Below, piece after piece: positions 55,489-64,000 of a DNA stretch of 64,000 bases. The DNA comes from Planctomycetota bacterium (GTDB lineage: Bacteria; Planctomycetota; Planctomycetia; Pirellulales; PLA5): NCBI GenBank assembly GCA_003576845.1, contig QEVJ01000010.1, positions 706 to 64,705 of the forward strand, in the 5' to 3' direction. The translations under genes and the position numbers were made by a program. Numbering within the stretch: position 1 is the first letter of the stretch; every line of letters begins with the position of its first letter. The notes below the pieces were generated by a model that was given only the letters and a program-made list of their open reading frames with translations, was not told where the DNA came from and did no database searches.

Positions 55489-55522
55489 AAAAAACCCCGC
55501 GGCCGGTAAGGGCTGGCGGGGT
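55489..55522 (-). terminator. Intrinsic terminator in the leuA leader (attenuator terminator)
   Basis: The minus strand reads aaCCCCGCcaGCCcttaccGGCcGCGGGGtttttt: a 6+3 bp GC stem followed by T6. It lies 206 nt upstream of the leuA ATG. Confidence 0.65.
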
Positions 55523-55567
55523 TCGTATGATTTTCGGATTGTGGCGCGGAAAACGAACCCTCGGCCC

Positions 55568-55618
55568 TTACTCGGTAAGGCCCAACAACAGCAACAGGTT
55601 CGCAATCGCGGAGTTCAT
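55568..55618 (-). promoter_or_regulatory. Leucine-rich leader peptide ORF of a putative leuA attenuator
   Basis: Minus strand: ATG AAC TCC GCG ATT GCG AAC CTG TTG CTG TTG TTG GGC CTT ACC GAG TAA, translating to MNSAIANLLLLLGLTE*. Six Leu in 16 codons, five of them consecutive. Confidence 0.6.
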
Positions 55619-56035
55619 ATCGGCATTTGTGATTGATAACGGCGCGCGAGGGTCTCGCGCCACGTCACACAGACAAATCTAGCTGCGGCCCGGTTCGCAG
55701 TCAAGGAAGGTCCAGCCCACAGAACCGCGATGCCGCGATGAAACGCCGAAGCAGTGTCGATATTCCCACTAATTGCGAAGCGCGACCGAGCGCCAACAAG
55801 CGCGGAACCCATCCCAACGGGTGGCACGTCAAGCGGCATGGACCATCTTTGGACGGCTGAGTAAACTGAGGGACGTTGATTCCGGCGTGGGAGCCGGAAT
55901 CTCTGCCCGCCGCGAATCGCGTCCCCCTGCGAGTTGGCGCGCGACGGAACGCCGCGTTTTTTACTCGATCTGCCGCCCGACCGCCCTCCTAGCTTTCTTC
56001 GCCGGGCATTTTTCTCGCCGGAAGCCGCACCCGCC

Positions 56036-58777
56036 ATGAATCGAGCGACGTTTTATGGCCGCTACGGCCTGATCGTGCTGGCGATCGTGGTGTTCCTGCT
56101 GCCGTTCACGTTCCGCGGCGCGAGGATGGCCCTCAAGAGCAACCACAACGACGTCAAAGAGTGGCTGCCCGAGGAATACGTCGAAACCCAGGAATTCAAG
56201 TGGTTTCGCAAGTACTTTGCCGGCGAGCAGTTCGTGCTGGTCAGTTGGGAAGGCTGCACCCTCGACAACACGACCAAGCTCGAAACCCTCAAGGCCGACC
56301 TGCTCAAGCCGTCCCGCGACGAAGATGGCAACTTGATCTACCCGGAGCACGACCAGGACTGGCTGATCGCGAACATCGTCACCGGCCCGGACCTGATCGA
56401 CCAGCTCGAAGGCGGGACGCCGCCGCTGGAATATGCCGAGGCATTCAAGCGCCTCGAGGGCCTGTTCATAGGGCCGGACAAGAAGACGACGTGCATGGTG
56501 ATTACGCTCTCGAACTACGGGGCGGAACACCTGCGGGCGGCCGTGAACATCATCCGCGATCGGGCGAAAGAAGTCGCCGCGCTCTCGAAGGAAGACCTGA
56601 AGATGGGCGGACCGCCCGTCGACAACGTCGCCCTCGATGAGGAAGGCGAAAGCGCCCTGTATACGCTCGCGGCGTACTCGGTCCTCATCGGGCTCGTCGT
56701 CTCGTGGTGGTGCTTGCGGAGCATGCCGCTGGTGATGATGGTCTTCATCACGGGCGTGTACGGCGCCATGATCGCGCTCGCCGCCGTTTACTACACGAAC
56801 GGCACGATGAACGCGATCCTGCTCACGATGCCGTCGCTCGTGTACGTGGCCGCGACTTCCGGGGCAATTCATCTGGCCAATTACTATCGCGAAGGCGTGC
56901 TCGAACACGGCGTGGCGGGCGCGCCCGGGTTCGCCGTGAAGCACGCCTTGTTGCCGCTGGGACTCGCAACCGGCACGACCACGGTCGGCCTGCTTTCGCT
57001 CTATATCAGCGAGCTCGTGCCGATCAAGTCCTTCGGCTGGTACTCGGCCCTGGGCGTGACGGCGACGTTGTTCCCGCTGCTCGTCGTGCTGCCGTGCATG
57101 CTCGAATTGTGGCCCGTTACGCGGACGAACAGCTTCAAGGAATTCCTGCTCTTCTTTCCGACGCAGCTTGCCCGGCCGTTTCGGTATCTCTATCGCAAGC
57201 TGACGGGCCAGGCCGTGCACCACGAGCGCGTCGTCGACACGCGGCCGCAGCGCAATTCGTGGGTCAACCCGATCGAGTTGCTGCCGTGGAGCAAGGTGGG
57301 CCACAACATAATTACGTACAACCTGCTGTGGCTCGGGGCGCTTGCGGCCGTGATGGTCGTGTGCGGCTACGGCGTGACGAAATGCGAAACGTCGATCAAC
57401 CTGATGCGGTTCTTCTCGGACAACTCGAAGATCCGCCGCGACTATGCCTGGCTCGAACAGCATTTGGGACCGCTCGTGCCGATGGAAGTCGTCGTGCGGT
57501 TCTCGCCGAACAGCGACCTCAACATGCTCGAACGGATGGAGTTGATCGAGCACGTTCATCGCGAAGTGGAAAGCCTGGCGGAAGTGGGCAGCGCCATGTC
57601 GCCCGCGACCTTCGTGCCCGAGTTGCCCCGCGGCGCTGGGTTCTCGGCCGAGCGCGTCAGTTGGAAACGCCGTCTGGAGCGCGGCCGCGAAGAGCTCCTC
57701 GGCTCCGGCTATTTGACCGTCGGCCAGGGCGAGGATGCCGGCGAAGACATCTGGCGCGTCAGTGCCCGCGTGCAAGCGCTCAAGGACATGGACTACGGCG
57801 CGTTCGTCGGCGATATCCGCGCGAAGGTCGACCCGGTCATCGAAGCCGTCAACGCCAAGGCCATCGCCACGAACGTACAGCGCGAGTTGCTCGTGGCCAC
57901 GGGCTGGTTGGCGCCGCGAACCGCAAGCGCGGCCGATGGAGAAAAGAAGCCCGGTAATCCCGGCGCCGCAGCCGAGAGCAATCCGGGTGAGGGCGCGGTA
58001 GCTCAGCTCGCCGCCGCCTTCGAGCCGCCCATTCAAGTGACGTACACCGGTCTCGTCCCGCTCGTCTACAAGGCTCAGCGATCGTTGATGGAGGGCCTGA
58101 AGATTGGCTTCGTCGGCGACTGGATTCTCATCGCGATCGTGATGATGATCGTCGTCCGCGACGTGTCGGCCGGTTTCTTGCTGATGATTCCCAGCGCCTT
58201 TCCACCGCTCATCGTGTTCGGCGTAATGGGGATGATGGGCATCGTCGTCGACACGGGCACGGTGATGGCCCCGGCCGTCGCACTCGGCGTGACGGTGGAC
58301 GACGTCGTTCACTACATGCTCAAGTTCGCGGACAAGATTCGCGCCGGCGGAACGCGCCGCGAAGCGATCATGGCCGCCTATGCCCACTGCGCCCAGCCGA
58401 TCTATCAAAGTTGGGGCGTGATCGGGCTGGGCCTGGCCGTGTTCGCCCTGTCGCACTTCATGCCGACCCAGCGATTCGGCTGGATGATGGTCACCCTCCT
58501 CACGGCGTCGACGATCGGCAACTTGACGCTGCTGCCGGCGATTCTGGCCAGTCCGCTCGGTTCGATCTTCACCTGGAGCATCCGCCGCCACGCCCGCAAG
58601 AAGGCCGAGCGCGAAGGAAAGTCGCCGGCGGAATCGTCGGTCGAACCGGCGGCCTCGCACGAACCGCACGCCGAAGAAACGCCGGTCGAGCGGACGAACG
58701 GCCGGCCCGTGCTGCCGCACACGAAGCATCGCGACACGGCCGTCCGCCACGACGCGCCGCACTCGGGATCGCGGTAA
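56036..58777 (+). CDS. MMPL/RND-superfamily membrane transporter
   Basis: Internal ATG 56036 (MNRATFYGRYGLIVLAIVVFLL). Two blocks of about 6 TM helices, each following a large soluble loop. 913 aa. Confidence 0.8.
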   Translation: MNRATFYGRYGLIVLAIVVFLLPFTFRGARMALKSNHNDVKEWLPEEYVETQEFKWFRKYFAGEQFVLVSWEGCTLDNTTKLETLKADLLKPSRDEDGNLIYPEHDQDWLIANIVTGPDLIDQLEGGTPPLEYAEAFKRLEGLFIGPDKKTTCMVITLSNYGAEHLRAAVNIIRDRAKEVAALSKEDLKMGGPPVDNVALDEEGESALYTLAAYSVLIGLVVSWWCLRSMPLVMMVFITGVYGAMIALAAVYYTNGTMNAILLTMPSLVYVAATSGAIHLANYYREGVLEHGVAGAPGFAVKHALLPLGLATGTTTVGLLSLYISELVPIKSFGWYSALGVTATLFPLLVVLPCMLELWPVTRTNSFKEFLLFFPTQLARPFRYLYRKLTGQAVHHERVVDTRPQRNSWVNPIELLPWSKVGHNIITYNLLWLGALAAVMVVCGYGVTKCETSINLMRFFSDNSKIRRDYAWLEQHLGPLVPMEVVVRFSPNSDLNMLERMELIEHVHREVESLAEVGSAMSPATFVPELPRGAGFSAERVSWKRRLERGREELLGSGYLTVGQGEDAGEDIWRVSARVQALKDMDYGAFVGDIRAKVDPVIEAVNAKAIATNVQRELLVATGWLAPRTASAADGEKKPGNPGAAAESNPGEGAVAQLAAAFEPPIQVTYTGLVPLVYKAQRSLMEGLKIGFVGDWILIAIVMMIVVRDVSAGFLLMIPSAFPPLIVFGVMGMMGIVVDTGTVMAPAVALGVTVDDVVHYMLKFADKIRAGGTRREAIMAAYAHCAQPIYQSWGVIGLGLAVFALSHFMPTQRFGWMMVTLLTASTIGNLTLLPAILASPLGSIFTWSIRRHARKKAEREGKSPAESSVEPAASHEPHAEETPVERTNGRPVLPHTKHRDTAVRHDAPHSGSR

Positions 58778-58783
58778 GCCCGT

Positions 58784-58810
58784 TGTGGCCGGTCTCCCGA
58801 CCGAGCCACA
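58784..58810. repeat. REP-like hairpin (TGTGGCCGGTC...GACCGAGCCACA) between convergent genes
   Basis: tgtggccggtc-tccc-gaccgagccaca: an 11-bp stem with one bulge, 7 nt after the MMPL stop. Confidence 0.7.
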
Positions 58811-58843
58811 GCGTCGCGTGATAAGCCGATTCCCGCGTCCCGC

Positions 58844-59758
58844 TCAGTCCCATTCGTAAAGCTGCGCGATCGCTCGAATCAGATCGACGACTTCGCCCTT
58901 CCGCTTTACGCAAAGCATCGGCCGCGAAACCTTGCGGCACACCGCGTCGGCCACGTGCCCCAAGAGCAGCGCCGCCGGCTGCGTCCGACCGTGCGACGCC
59001 ACGACGACGAGGTTGGCATCGTATTCGTCGGCGCTTTTGGCGATCGCGTCGGGCACTTCCTCGCCGACGTGGAACATCGGCTTGCACGCGGCCCCGGCGA
59101 GGTCGACCTTCGGCAGCCACTCTTGAAACTCGCGTTCGGCCTCCGACTGCATCGTGGCGGCGGCGTGCTCGAAGGTCTGGCCGAGTTTGTGGTAGCCCAG
59201 CGGCGGCGCGAACACGTTGAGTGCCGCGATTTCGCTGCCGGGTTCCGCCACCCGCGCGGCGAGTTCCATCGCTTCGCCGCTGCGGCCCGAGTAATCGACC
59301 GCCACCAGCACGCGGTCGTATTCGACCGGCGCTCCGGCGGGAACGATCAACAGCGAGCAGGGAATCTTCCGCATCACGCGGACCGCGCCGCGGGTCGATT
59401 CGTCCGCCCGTTCGTCGACCGAGCGGCCCACCACGAGCAAATCGGCCGAAGACTTGCCGGCGTGTTTGAGCAGCGTGGGCACGGCCTCGCCGTGGGCCAC
59501 GACCGTTTCGACGCGAACGTTCGCGGGCAACGCCATCGCCGCGGCCAGCCCTTCGAGCTTTTCGCGGATCGGGGCATCCTCCGCCGGGCCGATCGCCGCT
59601 TGCGCCGCGCCTTCCCGCCCGCTCGGCTCGATCGCGTGGATCAGATACACCGTCTCCGGCGCGAACCGCGAAACGAGATACGACGCATGGGCCATCGTCG
59701 ACAGATCGCGCTGGTCGAGCGCGACGGCCACCATAATCGTCCGAATCGGCAACGTCAT
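58844..59758 (-). CDS. Tandem universal stress protein (two UspA domains)
   Basis: Internal ATG 59758-59756 (MTLPIRTIMVAVALD...). 'ADLLVVGRS' and 'ANLVVVASHGR' are Usp ATP-binding-like motifs, one in each half. Confidence 0.75.
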   Translation of the reverse strand: MTLPIRTIMVAVALDQRDLSTMAHASYLVSRFAPETVYLIHAIEPSGREGAAQAAIGPAEDAPIREKLEGLAAAMALPANVRVETVVAHGEAVPTLLKHAGKSSADLLVVGRSVDERADESTRGAVRVMRKIPCSLLIVPAGAPVEYDRVLVAVDYSGRSGEAMELAARVAEPGSEIAALNVFAPPLGYHKLGQTFEHAAATMQSEAEREFQEWLPKVDLAGAACKPMFHVGEEVPDAIAKSADEYDANLVVVASHGRTQPAALLLGHVADAVCRKVSRPMLCVKRKGEVVDLIRAIAQLYEWD

Positions 59759-60290
59759 AGCGAATCCCCCGCCGTGAAAGCCCAGCCGACGACACGAACC
59801 CCAATCACACGCAACGTGCATTATGGCGACCCCCGGCCCGCAAGGCCATCCTCCGCGCAATTTCGCACGCGAGTCCATTACGCCGAAGGCACGAGTGTTA
59901 TCCCCGCAAGCAGATGTCGTACGCTGCGCCGCGGGCCGTCCACGGACTTGGAAGCGATGCTGGCGCAATTCGCGGTCGTATCACCGCCGGGTCTGCCGGG
60001 CCATCCCGCATAGCAATTGCGCCAGCGCTCGCAATTTGCCATTCCCAATTCATCGGCGGCGGAATCGATCTATGCCTGGCCACAGGTATCGAAAGCCGCG
60101 CCCAACAACGAGTCGCACATCAAGACGATGAAACTCGACGGGGATTCCAGGCCAGCGTGCGTTCGACGGCCTGGCGCAGCTTGGCTTCGCGCGCAAGTAG
60201 GGCTATGCTGCTGGCATTGCTCAATCCGCGCGCTGCGGTCGACGTCCCGCATTTGCGTCACGGATAATCGGTCACAACGGGCGTGCAGCC

Positions 60291-62036
60291 GTGACGACCC
60301 CTGCGCCATCGGCGACCGACCTTAACGCGCGTCCGCTCCGGCGATTCGCCAGCATTTTGCCGATCGCGGCGTGGCTACCCGCCTATCGCCGCGAATCGCT
60401 CGCGCGCGACGCGATCGCCGGCGTCACGTTGGCCGCCTACGGCATTCCCGTGTCGCTCGCCTACGCTTCGCTTGCGGGCCTGCCGCCGCACCACGGCAGC
60501 TACTGCTATCTCGCCGGCGGCCTCGGCTACGCGCTGTTCGGCACTTCACGGCAACTCGCCGTCGGCCCAACCTCGGCCATCGCGATGCTCGTCGGCGCAA
60601 CGATCGCCGGCATGGCGGAAGGCGATCCCGCGCGTTGGGCCGCCATCGCGGCGCTCGCCGCCCTGCTCGTCGCCGCGCTCGGCGCGATCGCCTGGCTGTT
60701 GCGATTGAGCGGCCTCGTCAGCTTCATCGGCGAAACGATCCTCGTCGGTTTCAAGGCCGGCGCGGCCCTGACGATCGCCGCGACGCAGTTGCCGAAGTTG
60801 TTCGGCGTTCCCGGCGGCGGCGACCATTTCTTCGAGCGCGTGTGGCTCCTTGCAGGTCAGCTTGGCCAGACGAACGGTGTCGTCCTTACGATCGGCCTGG
60901 CGTCTCTCGCGCTGCTCGTGCTCGGCGACAAATTCCTGCCTGGCCGTCCGGTTGCGATCGCCGTCGTAGCGCTGGCGACCCTGGCCGTCGCTCTCGGCGA
61001 TCTGGCGCAGCACGGCGTCGCGACCGTCGGGTCGATTCCCAGCGGTTTGCCCGACCTGACCTGGCCATCGCTGCGGGCCAAAGACGTCGACGGCGCGGTT
61101 CCCCTGGCGGCTGCATGTTTCTTGCTCGCCTACGTCGAAGGAATCTCCGCCGCTCGGGCGATCGCCGAGAAACGCGGCTATGCCATCGATCCACGCCAAG
61201 AGTTGCTCGCCCTCGGCGCCGCCAACCTGGCCACGGCATTTACGCAGGGCTTTCCCGTCGCCGGCGGACTGTCGCAATCCGCGGTCAACGACAAGGCCGG
61301 CGCGCGGACGCCCCTGGCGCTCGTGTTCGCTTCGGCCACCATTGCCGCCTGTCTCTTATTCTTGACGAGTCTGCTGCGCGATCTGCCGATGGTCGTGCTC
61401 GCCGCGATCGTGCTCCTTGCCGTGCGCGGGTTGATCGACCTCGCGAGGCTGCGCCGACTTTTTCGCGTCAGCCGATTCGAGTTCGGCGTCGCGATGGTCG
61501 CGCTCTTCGGGGTCTTGCTGCTGGGAATTCTCAAGGGCGTGCTGCTCGCCGTCGTCGTGTCGCTGTTGATGCTGCTCGCGGCGGCGGCACGGCCCAACGT
61601 CGCGTTTCTCGGGCGAATTCCCGGCTCGCGCCGCTATTCCGATCTCGCGCGCCATCCCGACAACGAGCAAGTTCCGGGAGTCTTGATCTTCCGCGTCGAG
61701 GCCGCCATTCTGTACTTCAACGCCGAGCACGTGCGCAACGTCGTGTGGGCGAAGATCGAACGAACCGACGCACTGCGGCTCGTCGTTTGCGATCTCTCGA
61801 ACGCGCCGCGCGTCGACGTGTCGGGCGCGGCGATGCTGGGCAAGCTGCAAGCCGACCTCGCCGCCCGCGGAGTTCACCTTCGCCTCGTCGAGGCACATGC
61901 GCGCATCCGCGATTTGCTTCGCGCCGAAGGGCTCGAGCATCAGGTCGGCTATTTTGGCCGGCACGTGTCCGTCGACGCCGTCATCGAGGAATTCGAGGCA
62001 ACGCGCGGACCCACCAAGCCGCCTGGGCCATCCTAG
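60291..62036 (+). CDS. SulP-family anion transporter with C-terminal STAS domain
   Basis: GTG start 60291. 'DAIAGVTLAAYGIPVSLAYASLAGLPP' is a SulP signature region. STAS: 'VLIFRVEAAILYFNAEHV...LVVCDLSNAPRVDVSGAAML'. Confidence 0.85.
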   Translation: MTTPAPSATDLNARPLRRFASILPIAAWLPAYRRESLARDAIAGVTLAAYGIPVSLAYASLAGLPPHHGSYCYLAGGLGYALFGTSRQLAVGPTSAIAMLVGATIAGMAEGDPARWAAIAALAALLVAALGAIAWLLRLSGLVSFIGETILVGFKAGAALTIAATQLPKLFGVPGGGDHFFERVWLLAGQLGQTNGVVLTIGLASLALLVLGDKFLPGRPVAIAVVALATLAVALGDLAQHGVATVGSIPSGLPDLTWPSLRAKDVDGAVPLAAACFLLAYVEGISAARAIAEKRGYAIDPRQELLALGAANLATAFTQGFPVAGGLSQSAVNDKAGARTPLALVFASATIAACLLFLTSLLRDLPMVVLAAIVLLAVRGLIDLARLRRLFRVSRFEFGVAMVALFGVLLLGILKGVLLAVVVSLLMLLAAAARPNVAFLGRIPGSRRYSDLARHPDNEQVPGVLIFRVEAAILYFNAEHVRNVVWAKIERTDALRLVVCDLSNAPRVDVSGAAMLGKLQADLAARGVHLRLVEAHARIRDLLRAEGLEHQVGYFGRHVSVDAVIEEFEATRGPTKPPGPS

Positions 62037-62116
62037 CTCTGCCCGGATAGAGAACGCACGACCACGCCCGCAAGTGCGGCGAACTTCTACACCACACGTC
62101 GGAAAGGTTCCGCAGT

Positions 62117-62836
62117 ATGAACGCTCGCCGAGAACCCGCCGCGTCCACCGATACGATCAGCCTCGCGGACGAAGAGGCCGTAAAGCGCGTCCTCGTCGAC
62201 TCCGTGCTTGGTCTGTGGGACGTCGTGAACAATCTGACGCGCCTCCGCCCGTCGCGGCGCGATCGCTATCGCGTCACGATCTTCGGCTCCGCCCGCGCCG
62301 CGCCCGGGACGGTTGCCTACGAAGAAACCAAACGCGCGGCCGCGGCCCTTGCCGATCTTGGCTGCGACATCATCACCGGCGGCGGACCCGGGCTGATGCA
62401 GGCCGCCAACGAAGGCGCGGCGAGCAATCCCGACCGAGTGCAGTCGGTCGGAATTCGCATCGCGCTCCCCTTCGAGCAGAACGTCAACGCCTTCGTTACC
62501 GAAGCTTTCGAGCATCGCACGTTCTTTACCCGGCTACACCAGTTCGTGCTCACGTCGGATGCCTACCTCGTCGCTCCCGGCGGCATTGGCACCGTTCTCG
62601 AAACGATGATGATCTGGCAACTGCTGCAAGTCGGGCATTTGCGCGACGCGCCGTTCATCTTGGTCGGCCGCATGTGGCCCGGGCTCGTCGAGTGGGCGCG
62701 AACGGCGATGCTGTCGTTCGACCCGCCGCTGGCGAACGCCGAAGATCTCGCGCTGCCCCAGTGCGTTCCCGACGCGGACGCAGCGATCGCGATCGTCCGC
62801 GAGCACCTGGCCACACGCCGCACGCCTCCGACGTAA
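62117..62836 (+). CDS. LOG-family (TIGR00730) nucleotide phosphoribohydrolase
   Basis: 'VTIFGSAR', 'IITGGGPGLMQAANEGA', 'APGGIGTVLE'. Confidence 0.8.
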   Translation: MNARREPAASTDTISLADEEAVKRVLVDSVLGLWDVVNNLTRLRPSRRDRYRVTIFGSARAAPGTVAYEETKRAAAALADLGCDIITGGGPGLMQAANEGAASNPDRVQSVGIRIALPFEQNVNAFVTEAFEHRTFFTRLHQFVLTSDAYLVAPGGIGTVLETMMIWQLLQVGHLRDAPFILVGRMWPGLVEWARTAMLSFDPPLANAEDLALPQCVPDADAAIAIVREHLATRRTPPT

Positions 62837-62847
62837 CGCCCGAAAGC

Positions 62848-62880
62848 AAAAAAGCGGCACGGCCGCAGGGACCATGCCGC
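62848..62880 (-). terminator. Intrinsic terminator for the PEP-CTERM lectin gene (weakly bidirectional)
   Basis: Plus strand: aaaaaa-gcggcacgg-ccgcaggga-ccatgccgc-ttt. The stem pairs at 8 of 9 positions. Read on the minus strand it is followed by T6. Confidence 0.55.
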
Positions 62881-62931
62881 TTTCGATTACTTCCGCCGCG
62901 ACGGTCGCAGAGCCGCCGCGATATCGAATCG

Positions 62932-63987
62932 TTACTTCCGTCGGCGGCGCTTCGCCCACGCCAAGCCGACGATTCCCAAACCCGCCAAGGCATAGGTGGA
63001 CGGTTCCGGCACGGCAGCGAATTGCCAACTCACGATGTCGTGGTTGTTGAGCGCGCCGCCCGTTCCGGCCGTAAAGCCGACGAACAGGTCTTGCGCGCCG
63101 CCGAAGTGCGCCGACAGATCGACGATCGCGGTGACGTTCGGACTCGCCGGCTTTACGTCGACCGTGTTGTAATAAACTTTCATCTCCGTGCCGTCGTAAT
63201 CGACCCACACGTACTTGACGCCGCCGTCGTTGAACCGCGGCAGGCCCGGCATGTTCGACGGCGGATCCTGAGCGATGCTCGTCGCGCTCGTGTTCAGGTC
63301 GATGGCGATGTGCGTACCGTTCGTCGGAGCAAAGTCGTGCACGCCGCCGTTCCACGTGTCGAGTTCGACCGCCACGTATTGCCCGATGTCTTGCAGGCCC
63401 ATGCCACCGCCGGCCCAACCGAGCGCCTTCGGCGAAGCCGCTTGAATGACGAACGTCATCCCGTCGGCCCCGGCGCCGTCCGCGTCGCAGCAACCGACCG
63501 GCGTCGACAACTCGACGGCGAACTTCGTGCTGAACGCCAGGTTCGCCTGCGGGAAGTGGACCGTGCCGTTCAAGAACGCGCTGCCGGCCTGACCGCCGTG
63601 CGTCGACGTGGTTAACCGAATGCGGTCGTCGGTCGCGTCGCCGAGCGTGCCCATGTCGTGCTTGCCGGCGGTTCCGCGCATCATGAACCGCGACGCATCG
63701 CCGAAGTTCGCGAAGTCGAAACTGCTGCCTTGCGGCGTCGGAGCCGGAATGCCATTCGGGTCCGGCGCCAGGAACAAACCGACGGGCAGCACGCCCGAAC
63801 CCGGCAAACCTGGCTCATCGACGATAACCCGCGCTTCCCAGGCATAGCCGTTCCAGCGCTCCGAGTTGTTGTGTCCCACGCCGCCCAACCACATGAAGTT
63901 CGGCGCGAACGTGTCCAGCGTGCCCGTAATGCCCGTGAAGTTTCCCACGTTGTTGTAGTCGAAGAACACGTCGATCGTATCCGTCAC
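62932..63987 (-). CDS. PEP-CTERM-anchored L-type-lectin/LamG-like protein (5' end may lie beyond the window)
   Basis: C-terminal 'VPEPSTYALAGLGIVGLAWAKRRRRK' is a PEP-CTERM sorting signal. 'YVAVELDTWNGG' and 'HIAIDLN' are legume-lectin-like. The first in-frame start is GTG 63987, but the frame stays open to position 64000. Confidence 0.75.
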   Translation of the reverse strand: MTDTIDVFFDYNNVGNFTGITGTLDTFAPNFMWLGGVGHNNSERWNGYAWEARVIVDEPGLPGSGVLPVGLFLAPDPNGIPAPTPQGSSFDFANFGDASRFMMRGTAGKHDMGTLGDATDDRIRLTTSTHGGQAGSAFLNGTVHFPQANLAFSTKFAVELSTPVGCCDADGAGADGMTFVIQAASPKALGWAGGGMGLQDIGQYVAVELDTWNGGVHDFAPTNGTHIAIDLNTSATSIAQDPPSNMPGLPRFNDGGVKYVWVDYDGTEMKVYYNTVDVKPASPNVTAIVDLSAHFGGAQDLFVGFTAGTGGALNNHDIVSWQFAAVPEPSTYALAGLGIVGLAWAKRRRRK

Positions 63988-64000
63988 GTCGTTGAACGTC

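Noticed and set aside
1-64000. tRNA, rRNA, tmRNA, transposase/integrase, phage or CRISPR-cas genes
   Set aside because: I scanned the intergenic regions by eye for T-loop-like GGTTCGAAT strings and for cas/transposase/integrase-like ORFs and found nothing convincing. A proper tRNAscan/Infernal run is still advisable.

Overview
High-GC bacterial chromosomal segment, roughly 65-72% GC in hand-counted 60-nt lines. The gene content points to Planctomycetota, probably Pirellulales-like (inference). Supporting features: archaeal-type H4MPT C1-transfer genes (mptG, fhcD), a ~3000-aa LTD/CotH/dockerin surface protein, a PEP-CTERM lectin, a DUF11-repeat protein, secreted PQQ-like beta-propellers, and many families of paired-hairpin intergenic repeats. 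I support 36 CDS plus regulatory and repeat elements. I recognised no rRNA, tRNA, CRISPR array, transposase or integrase. The ORF track marks GTG/TTG starts as M, so several starts were re-derived by reading the DNA. Candidates most worth a second look: (1) a ~52% GC, ATGA-coupled two-gene cassette at 35326-36779, a minimal Pol-beta-type nucleotidyltransferase plus an unrecognisable 320-aa protein, which looks like a foreign TA/defence-type module. (2) A 1313-aa membrane-anchored FtsK/SpoIIIE-type protein with one canonical and two degenerate P-loop domains (EssC/EccC-like layout), sitting between two H4MPT genes. (3) A compact DUF488-DUF488-unknown operon behind a near-consensus promoter. (4) A classical-looking Leu-codon leader peptide, antiterminator and terminator upstream of leuA. 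(5) A minimal pfaD-pfaA PUFA-synthase-like pair whose interdomain linkers carry, in frame, the same short-repeat hairpin elements that are otherwise intergenic. (6) A Top6B gene with no adjacent Top6A.
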